DNA from: Dehalococcoidia bacterium
GTDB taxonomy: Bacteria > Chloroflexota > Dehalococcoidia > DSTF01 > RBG-16-68-14
Direction: 5' to 3'
Assembly: GCA_040882355.1 (NCBI GenBank)
Contig: JBBEBM010000001.1
Span: 1-49,758 of the forward strand
Length of the DNA: 49,758 nt
Shown here: one piece after another, positions 32,453-41,742 of the stretch
Layout of the letters: every line of letters begins with the position of its first letter
Position numbering within the stretch: position 1 is the stretch's first letter
Position numbers and translations under genes: made by a program
The notes under the pieces: generated by a model
Database searches by the model: none
The model's input: only the letters and a program-made list of their open reading frames with translations
Told to the model about the DNA's origin: nothing

Positions 32453-33028
32453 CTAGGTCGCGGCGACGGCCTCGGCGGCGGGGAGCGCCTTGATGCGCTG
32501 CACTTCCTTCACGAAGCGCGCGATCTCGAACATCGCTTGCGGCGACTCGAGCTCCGCGACGACGGCGCAGTCCGCGACGCTCTTCCCGCACGCGACCGAC
32601 GTCTTCCTGTACGGCCAGTGCTCCCAGAACAGCTTCTGCCCGACGCCCGTGCGCCCGCCGCCGATGCGGCCCGTGTGCAGCAGGTACGTCTTCCCATCGT
32701 CGCCGCGCGCGAACAGACCGCCCACGCGCAGGCTCGCGCCTTCGTGGCTGGGGTTCACCTCACACACAACCGACAGGCTGCCTTCCTGGCCGGGGTCCTC
32801 CGTGCCGAAAGCGTTCCAGAAGCGGTCCTTGTGGTTGGACCCGCTCACCGGCGCGTCGTTGATCGAGCCCCAGATGCCGAGCGGGCCATGCCAGTACGCA
32901 TCGGCCTTGGCGGAACCGCCCTGGTAGCCGATCTGCACGCCCGGGCAGCGCTCCGCCCTCTCCTTGAACTGAGCTCGCAGGAGCTCCTCTGCGGCCTGGA
33001 TCTCCTGGCGATCGGTTAGCGCGTGCAT
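32453..33028 (-). CDS. Hypothetical protein
   Basis: GAGGAGG SD; RFWNAFG...CEVN...GGLFA...LLHTGRIGGGRxG; synonymous changes versus its duplicate support coding. Confidence 0.75.
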   Translation of the reverse strand: MHALTDRQEIQAAEELLRAQFKERAERCPGVQIGYQGGSAKADAYWHGPLGIWGSINDAPVSGSNHKDRFWNAFGTEDPGQEGSLSVVCEVNPSHEGASLRVGGLFARGDDGKTYLLHTGRIGGGRTGVGQKLFWEHWPYRKTSVACGKSVADCAVVAELESPQAMFEIARFVKEVQRIKALPAAEAVAAT

Positions 33029-33131
33029 ATGTTCTGCCTCCTCACCTCCCTACAGCTTACCATTTTCCGTGGTGGCGCTGCGGCCGCCTCCGCTCGGCGG
33101 GAGAGGGCCCGCCCTCGAACGAAGCGAAGGA

Positions 33132-33318
33132 GACCGCGCCAACCACCCCTTCGCGCTCTCCGGCCGACCCCTTACCTTACCCTCGACAACCCGACGAGGG
33201 CATGCGCCGCCGAGCCTGCCCTCGAGCGCAGCGAAGGGTCGCGTCGCCAGATTCGCGCGATAAGGGAGATCTGCCGTGCTCCGCCCGAAAAAGGCGATTT
33301 TGCCAAACGTAATGACAC
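33132..33318 (-). repeat. Diverged intergenic element, copy A
   Basis: Reverse complement aligns to 48815-48980 (GTGTCATTACGTTTsGCAAAATCGCC...CATGCCC...TTGTCGA...GAGAGCGCGAAGGGG). Confidence 0.85.
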
Positions 33319-33400
33319 AAGACGCTTGCGGTCTCGCGGGACCCTGGCAGCACAGAAAGCCGTCGAGCCCGCTCCACTTCGGAGGGGGTCGGCCGAAAAG

Positions 33401-33461
33401 CCTGCCCCGAGCCTGCCCTCGAGCGAAGCGAAGGGAGCGAAGCGAAGGGCCGAGTCGAGGG
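33401..33461 (+). repeat. Nested CCTGCCC..GAG..CGA(A)GGG micro-elements
   Basis: CCTGCCCCGAG[CCTGCCCTCGAGCGAAGCGAAGGG AGCGAAGCGAAGGG]CCGAGTCGAGGG; siblings at 33108, 33215 and 48739. Confidence 0.75.
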
Positions 33462-33516
33462 CCACCTGCCACGTTTCGCGCGGGCAGCGACTCGCGAGAG
33501 AGCGTGGCGGGCGGGG

Positions 33517-33545
33517 CTCCAGCCTCCAGCCTCCAACCTCCAGCC
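33517..33545. repeat. Heptamer tandem repeat (CCTCCAG)x4
   Basis: CTCCAG CCTCCAG CCTCCAA CCTCCAG just downstream of gcvPB. Confidence 0.75.
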
Positions 33546-33562
33546 CGAAGGAAGCCGGCTGA

Positions 33563-35044
33563 CTAGCCGTCCTCGGCGCGCCAGCGCAGCACCGGCTTGC
33601 GGGCGGCCGTCGCCTCGTCCAGGCGGCGCAGGGGAGCGTTCGTCGGGGCCGCGCGCACCACGTCCGGCGACTCCTCCGCCTCCCGCGCGATCGCGAGCAT
33701 CGCGTCGCAGAAGGCGTCGAGCGTCTCCTTGCTCTCCGACTCCGTCGGCTCGATCATCATCGCCTCGTCGACGATCAGCGGGAAGTAGATCGTCGGCGGG
33801 TGAAAGCCGTAGTCGATCAGCCGCTTGGCGATGTCGAGCGTGCGCACGCCCTTCGCCTTCTGTCGCGAGCCGGAGAAGACCACCTCGTGCATGCAACGGC
33901 GATCGTAGGGCAGGCGGTAGGCGTCGCGGAGGCGCGCCTGAACGTAGTTGGCGTTGAGCACCGCGGCCTCGCTCATCGAACGCAGGCCGTCCGCGCCCAG
34001 GCTGCGAATGTACGTGTACGCGCGCACCAGCACGCCGAAGTTGCCGTGAAACAGCCCCAACCGGCCGATGCTCCGCTCCGGCGTCGCGAGCACGAACTGG
34101 CCGTTGCCCTCGGCCTCGCGGATGTGCGGCGTTGGCAGGAACGGCGCGAGGTGCGCTTTCACGGCGATCGGTCCTGCCCCCGGCCCGCCGCCGCCGTGGG
34201 GCGTGCTGAACGTCTTGTGGAGGTTGAGGTGGAAGACGTCGAAGCCCAGGTCGCCCGGCTTAACGCGCCCGAGCATCGCGTTCATGTTGGCGCCGTCGCC
34301 GTAGAGGAGCGCCCCGTGCTCGTGGAGCAGCTCGGCGATGCGCACGATGCGCTGCTCGAAGAGGCCGAGCGTGCTCGGCAGCGTCAGCATGAGCGCGGCG
34401 ACGGCGTGTCCTTCGTCGTCGAGCGCCGTTTCGAGCGCGGCGATGTCCATGTTGCCCTGCGCGTCGGACGGGATGCTGCGCACCTCGAAGCCAGCCATCG
34501 CCGCCGTCGCGGGGTTCGTGCCGTGGGCCGAGTCGGGCACGAGCACGACGCGCCGTTTGCCGCCGCCGTTCGCGTGCAAATACGCCCGCGTAACAAGGAT
34601 GCCGGCGAGCTCGCCCTGGGCTCCGGCGGCGGGCGAGAGCGAGGCGTCGTCCATGCCCGTGATCTCGGCGAGCAGCCGCTGCAGCTCGAAAAGGAGGGCG
34701 AGCGCGCCCTGCGTGGTCTCGCCGGTCTGCAGCGGGTGGAGCTGGGCGAGGCCGGGCAGGCGGGCGATGTCCTCGTTGATCTTTGGGTTGTACTTCATCG
34801 AACAGCTCCCGAGCGGGTAGGAGCCGGTGTCGATGCTGTAGTTGAGCTGCGAGAGTCGTGTGAAGTAACGGACGACGTCGAGCTGGGACAGCTCGGGCAG
34901 TGTCAGTTCGTCGCGCAGGAGGGTGGCGTCGGGCAGTGGCGCCTCGGGCACGTCGAGCGGCGGCAGCGTGCACCCCACCCGCCCCGGCCTGCTCAGGTCG
35001 AAGGACATCGTCGCGCCGAAGTCGGGTCGAGCCGGGCCGCTCAC
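33563..35044 (-). CDS. gcvPB: Glycine dehydrogenase subunit 2
   Basis: YPLGSCSMKYNPK, AGAQGE, DSAHGTNPATA, HLNLHKTFSTPHGGGGPG. Confidence 0.97.
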   Translation of the reverse strand: MSGPARPDFGATMSFDLSRPGRVGCTLPPLDVPEAPLPDATLLRDELTLPELSQLDVVRYFTRLSQLNYSIDTGSYPLGSCSMKYNPKINEDIARLPGLAQLHPLQTGETTQGALALLFELQRLLAEITGMDDASLSPAAGAQGELAGILVTRAYLHANGGGKRRVVLVPDSAHGTNPATAAMAGFEVRSIPSDAQGNMDIAALETALDDEGHAVAALMLTLPSTLGLFEQRIVRIAELLHEHGALLYGDGANMNAMLGRVKPGDLGFDVFHLNLHKTFSTPHGGGGPGAGPIAVKAHLAPFLPTPHIREAEGNGQFVLATPERSIGRLGLFHGNFGVLVRAYTYIRSLGADGLRSMSEAAVLNANYVQARLRDAYRLPYDRRCMHEVVFSGSRQKAKGVRTLDIAKRLIDYGFHPPTIYFPLIVDEAMMIEPTESESKETLDAFCDAMLAIAREAEESPDVVRAAPTNAPLRRLDEATAARKPVLRWRAEDG

Positions 35045-36354
35045 GCGAGGGCCCCCAGTGCGTCCACTAGCGCGTCGATCTCGTCGCGCGTGTGCAGCTC
35101 GGAGAAGCAGAGGAGTATGCCGCGGTCGATGCGGTCCGAGACGTCGTAGCCGCCGATCATGCCGCGCTCGAGCAGGCGGCGGTTCACCTCGGCGGGCGCG
35201 ATCGGGCAGCGCGCGACGAACTCCTGGAAGAAAGGGCGATCGGTCACTAACTCGTAGCCCGGCAGCGCGGCGATGCGTTCGGCGGCGTAGTGGGCCTTGT
35301 GGTAGCAGAGCTCCGCCATGCGGCGCAGGCCCTGCTTGCCGAGCGTGCAGAGCGCGACCGTGAACGCCAGCGCGACGAGCTGCTGGCTGGTGCAGATGTT
35401 GGAGGTCGCTCGCTCGCGGCGGATGTGCTGTTCGCGGGTCTGGAGCGTGAGCACGTAGCCGGTGCGGCCTTCGAGGTCGCGCGTGCGCCCGACGATGCGG
35501 CCCGGCATGTGCCGGACGAACTGGTCTCGACAGGCGAAGAGCCCCACATAAGGCCCGCCGAAGCTGAGCGGCACGCCGAGCGGCTGGCCCTCGCCGACGA
35601 CGATGTCGGCGCCGTAGTCGGCGGGCGGGCGGAACATGCCGAGGCTGACCGGGTCGGCGGAGACGACGAAAAGAGCGCCCGCGTCGTGCGCGTCGGTGCC
35701 GAGCGAGGCGATATCTTCGATGCAGCCGAAGAAGTCTGGCTGCTGCACAGCGAGGCAGGCGGCGTCGCTATTCAGGCTGATGTCGCCCTGCGCGACTACG
35801 TCGACCGTGATGTCGTGGCCCCCCGCGTACGTGCGGACGGTGTCGATGGTGTGCGGGTGGACCGTGTCGAGCAGAACGATGCGGTTGCGCCCGGTGACGG
35901 CGCAGGCCATCAGGCACGCTTCGGCCAGGGCGCTGGCGCCGTCGTACATGCCGGCGTTCGCCACGTCCATGCCGGTCAGCTCGCAGACCATCGACTGAAA
36001 CTCGAAGATGGTCTGCAAGGTGCCCTGGCTGATCTCCGGCTGGTAGGGCGTGTACGCCGTCAGGTACTCGCCGCGGCGGATGATGTGATCGACGACGCTG
36101 GGGATGTAGTGGCAATAGGCGCCGGCGCCGAGGAAGCTGGGCAGCTCACCCGTCGAGCGGTTGCGCGCGGCCATCGCGCCGATCTCGCGCATCAGCTCCG
36201 TTTCGGAGAGGGCGCGTGGCAGGTCGAGGGTGGGGTCGCGATGCTCGGCAGGGATGTCGGCGAACAGCTCGTTGGTGGACGAGACGCCGACCGTGGCGAG
36301 CATCGCGCGGCGGTCTTCGTCGGTAAGGGGGATGTAGGGATGGAGAGGCGGCAT
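35041..36354 (-). CDS. gcvPA: Glycine dehydrogenase subunit 1
   Basis: SFLGAG, TAYTPYQPEISQG, MYDGASA, FGGP, TREQHIRRERATSNICT. Confidence 0.97.
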   Translation of the reverse strand: MPPLHPYIPLTDEDRRAMLATVGVSSTNELFADIPAEHRDPTLDLPRALSETELMREIGAMAARNRSTGELPSFLGAGAYCHYIPSVVDHIIRRGEYLTAYTPYQPEISQGTLQTIFEFQSMVCELTGMDVANAGMYDGASALAEACLMACAVTGRNRIVLLDTVHPHTIDTVRTYAGGHDITVDVVAQGDISLNSDAACLAVQQPDFFGCIEDIASLGTDAHDAGALFVVSADPVSLGMFRPPADYGADIVVGEGQPLGVPLSFGGPYVGLFACRDQFVRHMPGRIVGRTRDLEGRTGYVLTLQTREQHIRRERATSNICTSQQLVALAFTVALCTLGKQGLRRMAELCYHKAHYAAERIAALPGYELVTDRPFFQEFVARCPIAPAEVNRRLLERGMIGGYDVSDRIDRGILLCFSELHTRDEIDALVDALGALA

Positions 36355-36924
36355 CTAGCTTGCGGTCTCCTGTTGGAGAACCCAGCGATCGGAGGGTGAC
36401 AACGTCATTACAAGATCGGCTTCTTGCGCTAGCGCCTCTGACAACGATCTGCTCACGCCTGCCACGAACACAAAAGGGCCTGTATTGCGGACAGCCCGAA
36501 CCAAGGGCACGAAATCGGCGTCCCCTGAAACAAGGACAATGACATCGGCTACACCAGAGCTGGCGGCCTGAAGAGCATCCACCGCGAGGTGCACGTCGAC
36601 ACCCTTCTGGCCGCGATTCTTCTTGCCGGTCTTCCGGACTTCTCCTAGGACGACGTGTGTATATGGCAGACTCTGTAGCCTTCGGAAATAATCTCGTCGA
36701 CGGCGCTGTTCTTCCTCAGGTGCATCTTCGTCCAGCGCGTCGTAGTACAAAGTTCTCCTTGTAGTGTATGGCCCTAGGACAATGTAGCCCTGTTGCTCGT
36801 GGTGGTCTGCGATCATCCTTTGCACCACCCTTGGGTCGAATTCGTCTGAGTACCCAGCATCTACCATTTCAGCGCGAACGTATCCGCCATCTACGAAGAC
36901 ATAGCAACCCAACGAACTCGCCAT
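36355..36924 (-). CDS. NYN domain (LabA/DUF88 PIN-like) protein
   Basis: VFVDGGY, QKGVDVHLAVD, LVSGDADFVP, SLSEALAQEAD. Confidence 0.9.
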   Translation of the reverse strand: MASSLGCYVFVDGGYVRAEMVDAGYSDEFDPRVVQRMIADHHEQQGYIVLGPYTTRRTLYYDALDEDAPEEEQRRRRDYFRRLQSLPYTHVVLGEVRKTGKKNRGQKGVDVHLAVDALQAASSGVADVIVLVSGDADFVPLVRAVRNTGPFVFVAGVSRSLSEALAQEADLVMTLSPSDRWVLQQETAS

Positions 36925-36934
36925 TACCGTAAGA

Positions 36935-37327
36935 CTAGGCCTCCTGCTCCTGCGCGACGAGCTCCTGATACGCCTCGGGCGAGAGCAGGCCGTCGAATTC
37001 GGCCGGGTCGTTAAGACGCACCTTGATCAGCCAGCCGCGCCCATACGGCTCGTTATTCACGAGCTCGGGCGCGTCGGCCGCGTCCTTGTTCGCTTCAACG
37101 ACTTCGCCGGTGACTGGCGAGAAAAGGTCCGACACCGCCTTCACCGACTCGATCTCACCCATCTTGTCGTACTGGGCGACAGTCGCGCCCGCGGAAGGCA
37201 GGTCGAGGTAGACGATGTCGCCGAGCTGGTCCTGGGCGTAGTCGGTGATGCCGATCACCCCGGCGTCGCCTTCCAGGCGCACCCACTCGTGCTCTTTCGT
37301 GTAACGGAGATCGTCGGGGTACTGCAT
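36935..37327 (-). CDS. gcvH: Glycine cleavage system H protein
   Basis: YTKEHEWV, GITDYAQDQLGD, IESVKAVSD (lipoyl-Lys), PYGRGW; alternative start 37336. Confidence 0.97.
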   Translation of the reverse strand: MQYPDDLRYTKEHEWVRLEGDAGVIGITDYAQDQLGDIVYLDLPSAGATVAQYDKMGEIESVKAVSDLFSPVTGEVVEANKDAADAPELVNNEPYGRGWLIKVRLNDPAEFDGLLSPEAYQELVAQEQEA

Positions 37328-37347
37328 CGCTTCCATGCTCCCTAAGC

Positions 37348-37940
37348 TCAATCTCGTCGATGGAGTCGGTAGACGGCGTGGCCGAAACGCTTCCTGACCT
37401 GCTTAAGCCGCAGGTCGTGGCGCGTCCCGACCTTCGGGATGAGCCGGTTGAGCCCGCTCACGACCACGAACCAGTAAGCGCCGCCCTGGGCCAAGCGCTC
37501 GAGCGGCGCCAGGATGAACTCCTGCTCGATCGCCTCGTCGCCGATCTTTGCCGGGATGTTCGACACGATCAGGTCGAACGGGCCGGGCGGGACCGTCTCC
37601 AGACCCACGCTGGCAAGCACGCAGGCGTTGCGTACGCCGTTGAGTGTACAGTTGCGCTGGGCATAGCGCACGGCGAGCAGATCACAGTCGGCCATGACGA
37701 CATGGGCGTCCGGGAAGAGGCGAGCGAGCGTGATGCCGAGCACGCCGTAGCCGCAGCCGAGGTCGAGTACGCGGCGCGGCTGCTCGACCTCGATCGCCCG
37801 GAGGAGGAGCGCGGTACCCTGGTCGACCTCGAAGGAGGAGAAGAGCGTGTTGGCGACATCGAACTCGAGCGTTAGGCCGGCGTGCGTGAATGATATCCGC
37901 TTCTTGAAGTAGGGGTCCGCTTCGAGGCCGTCCGGCTCGA

Positions 37941-37944
<4 letters not shown>
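37348..37944 (-). CDS. RsmC/MTS-like small methyltransferase
   Basis: GTG start overlapping the gcvT stop; LFSSFEVDQGTALLL, VLDLGCGYG, IVSNIP. Confidence 0.85.
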
Positions 37945-39047
<1,103 letters not shown>

Positions 39048-39186
39048 GCTAGACCCTTCTGCTCCGGATGGTGATCAATTAGCATGCGTTCTCAGACTAT
39101 CGGAACGGAGCACGCGGGGCGAGTGGCTTGACGCGGGCGTGCGAGCGTGATAGCTTTTGACCAAACTGGAGAGGAGAGCGCTTGGC

Positions 39187-39885
39187 GTGAACGAGTCTGA
39201 AGAGCGGATCCACGATCTCGAGGCAGAAGCCGTACGCGTTCTCAAGAAGATCAGGGCGCGCACACGTAAGCCATTATTCGTGGAGTTCAGCGGTACCCCG
39301 AAGGCGGGCAAGTCGACAATAATCAACAGCTTACGTCTATTCCTCGCTCGTAACGACTTCAATTCTTTTGTGCTCACGGAGAGGGCGTCTACGTGTCCGA
39401 TTCGGAACAAGAAGCACCTATTCTTCAACGTTTGGACGGCGTGTGCCACGCTCGTCCAGATGCTCAACGCAGGGCAGCAAGATGCTCCAGATGATGTTGT
39501 CATAATGGACAGAGGCTTGTTCGATGCGCTGGTCTGGATGCGTTGGCTTGAAGAGAAGGGGGAGCTGGAACCCAGCCAGCGAGAGACCATTGAAAGGTTT
39601 CTTACCTTGGAGCCGTGGAGCAGTCTCGTCGATCTGGTGTTCGTAATGAAAGTGTCTCCGTCGACGGCGCTTGAAAGGGAGTTTGGTGGTCTGGTGACTC
39701 GCAAGGCGGGATCAATCATGAACGAGAGGACGATTTCGGAATTCAACGAGGCTCTTGAGCTTACGCTGGCTGAGCACGGAAGCCGGTTTGACCCCTTCCT
39801 CCGAGTCGACACGACCGGGCAGAACCCGCGAGACACCTCCTACGAGGTGGTAAGCAGGACTCTGACAGCCCTTGACAACCTGTAG
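39187..39885 (+). CDS. Thymidylate-kinase-like P-loop protein
   Basis: VEFSGTPKAGKST, IMDRGLFD, DLVFVMKVSPSTALERE; GTG 39187 after GGAGAGGAG (track start 39157). Confidence 0.78.
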   Translation: MNESEERIHDLEAEAVRVLKKIRARTRKPLFVEFSGTPKAGKSTIINSLRLFLARNDFNSFVLTERASTCPIRNKKHLFFNVWTACATLVQMLNAGQQDAPDDVVIMDRGLFDALVWMRWLEEKGELEPSQRETIERFLTLEPWSSLVDLVFVMKVSPSTALEREFGGLVTRKAGSIMNERTISEFNEALELTLAEHGSRFDPFLRVDTTGQNPRDTSYEVVSRTLTALDNL

Positions 39886-39917
39886 AGCCGTGTGAGAATA
39901 TAGAACATGAGTTCCTG

Positions 39918-40628
39918 ATGATTGATGAACTGGATGGTCAGTTCGTCCTCGCGGTACCGAGAGAACGGCTCGTGTCCGCTGGGCTGTGTGCAGGTTTCGT
40001 CCCGCCTGAAAGGGCCGCTGACGTCCTGGAAGAGGTACTGGTCTCAGGAGATTTCGTTCCGAGGCATCGGGCCGAACATGACTCGTCCTTGGTGCAGCCC
40101 ATTCCAGCGGCGCTGATTCACGCAAACGCGAAAGTTCTCGTGCTTGAGCGGCGCGAGCGGAACAAGCGCAGCCACTTGCATCGCCGGCTGGTCCTCTGGG
40201 CGGGCGGTCACGTACAGATAGAAGATGCAGTTCCGGTTCCACAGGATCTGCTGATGTCAGCGTTGGGGAGAGAACTGGCAGAGGAGTTGGATCTCGCGGT
40301 CGGAAAGCCTGATCTGCGCGGAATTGTGTCAGACGGCAAGTCGCTTCACTTCGCCGTGGTATACGATGTCCCAGCGAGTGCGCCGCTCGGCGCGGTAGCG
40401 AATACGAACGAGGAGTTTCGGCTGAGCCGCGGTAAATCTCCGAGCGGATACTTTCTCGACCTTGATTCTCTAGACAAGAGGTATAACCAGCTAGAATCTT
40501 GGTCCAAAATGATCCTCGCTGACATTCTTCTTAGGCGTGTCCGTCTACCTCAGGGTGCGAAAAGCGAGTCCCAACTTAAATTCGACATGGTGACATTAAA
40601 CCCTGCATTCTTAGGTCGCGAGAATTAG
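39918..40628 (+). CDS. NUDIX-family phosphoesterase-like protein
   Basis: RHRAEHDSSLVQPIP, WAGGHV, ALGRELAEEL (Nudix box), HFAVVY, LESWSK. Confidence 0.78.
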   Translation: MIDELDGQFVLAVPRERLVSAGLCAGFVPPERAADVLEEVLVSGDFVPRHRAEHDSSLVQPIPAALIHANAKVLVLERRERNKRSHLHRRLVLWAGGHVQIEDAVPVPQDLLMSALGRELAEELDLAVGKPDLRGIVSDGKSLHFAVVYDVPASAPLGAVANTNEEFRLSRGKSPSGYFLDLDSLDKRYNQLESWSKMILADILLRRVRLPQGAKSESQLKFDMVTLNPAFLGREN

Positions 40629-41485
40629 CTCACCGGCACCCAGTGGCGCTTGCCGTCCTCGTCGGCGGTCATGCGGCCGATGCCCGGAAACGGGCAGTGC
40701 ACGCTGACGATGATCGCCTGCTCGCGGATGGCGCGCTCGACGATGCGTTTCTTCGTCTCCATCGAGACGAGCGGGAGGATGTCGAACGACGAGACCCAGG
40801 CGGTGCGTTCGAGCTGCACCTGGTGCTGCACCATGTCGCCGATGTAGATGGCGGTCTCGCCGCCGGAGCTGAGCACGACCGAGGCGTGGTCTTCGGTGTG
40901 GCCGCGCGTGGGCAGTACGGTGATCTCCGGCGTGACGGCGCGTTCGCCGTCGATCAGCTCGAGCACGCCGGCCTCTTCGAGCGGCAGCAGGTTCTCGGCG
41001 AGATACGTCGCGCGGGTGCGCTCGTTGGGGTGGGTCGCCGCCTCCCACTCGCCGCGCTGGATCAGGTAGCGGGCGCGGGGGAACGTCGGCACGACGCTGC
41101 CGTCTTCGAGTTGGCGTGTGTTCCAGCCGCAGTGGTCGGCGTGAAGGTGAGTGTTGATCACGACGTCGATCTCGTCAGGCTGGACGCCGGTCGCGGCGAG
41201 CGCGGCGAGCAGGTTGCCCTCGGCCGCGGGCGAGGCCTGGCGGCGGTGGCCCTCCTTGTCGCCGACGCCCGTCTCGATCAGCACCAGCTTGTCGTGCGAG
41301 CGCACGAGGAGGCAGTTGAGCGCGATGCCCATGCGGTGCTGGTCGTCCAACTCCGGCGCGGCGATGCGCTCCCACATCACGCGCGGCACGACGCCGAAGA
41401 CTGCGCCGGCGTCCTGGTAGAACGTGCCGTCGCTCAGGATGGCCAGATCGAGGTTGCCCAGTCGATAGGTGTGCGGCGAGGTCAT
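40625..41485 (-). CDS. MBL-fold metallo-hydrolase (YtnP-like)
   Basis: DAGAVFGVVP, THLHADHCG, GHT, GD. Confidence 0.9.
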   Translation of the reverse strand: MTSPHTYRLGNLDLAILSDGTFYQDAGAVFGVVPRVMWERIAAPELDDQHRMGIALNCLLVRSHDKLVLIETGVGDKEGHRRQASPAAEGNLLAALAATGVQPDEIDVVINTHLHADHCGWNTRQLEDGSVVPTFPRARYLIQRGEWEAATHPNERTRATYLAENLLPLEEAGVLELIDGERAVTPEITVLPTRGHTEDHASVVLSSGGETAIYIGDMVQHQVQLERTAWVSSFDILPLVSMETKKRIVERAIREQAIIVSVHCPFPGIGRMTADEDGKRHWVPVS

Positions 41486-41742
41486 TGAGTGGTGGCTCCG
41501 GTGGCTCCAAGATAGTGCGGCGGCCGGCGAGGGTCAACGGCTGGGCGGCGCGCCCCGCGGGACAACGTCTGCGGGTTGTCGCTCGGCCCATCATGCCGCC
41601 GACTTCCAGTCGGCGGTGTAGCAGCAATTCTCTCGCCACGCGCGGACGTTCGGCTGTCGCCCGCTTGTTGCTCGCCCCCGAAACGTGCTGTATACTCCAC
41701 CAGCCACGGAACCAGCCAAATGCATATGTAGGTGGACTGATC

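Noticed and set aside
31279..32663. DGR template/variable repeat pair
   Set aside because: Mismatches are not adenine-specific on either strand, and there is no reverse transcriptase in the window.
33023..33562. ORFs across the repeat-rich spacers (also 48496-49088)
   Set aside because: Built from repeat units, and the frames are not maintained between the two element copies.
39048..39160. Glycine riboswitch upstream of gcvT
   Set aside because: The spacer is too short and lacks the GGAGA...CCGAAG...CTCAGG aptamer arrangement.
41500..41742. oriC next to dnaN
   Set aside because: No dnaA, no TTATCCACA boxes and no AT-rich unwinding element.
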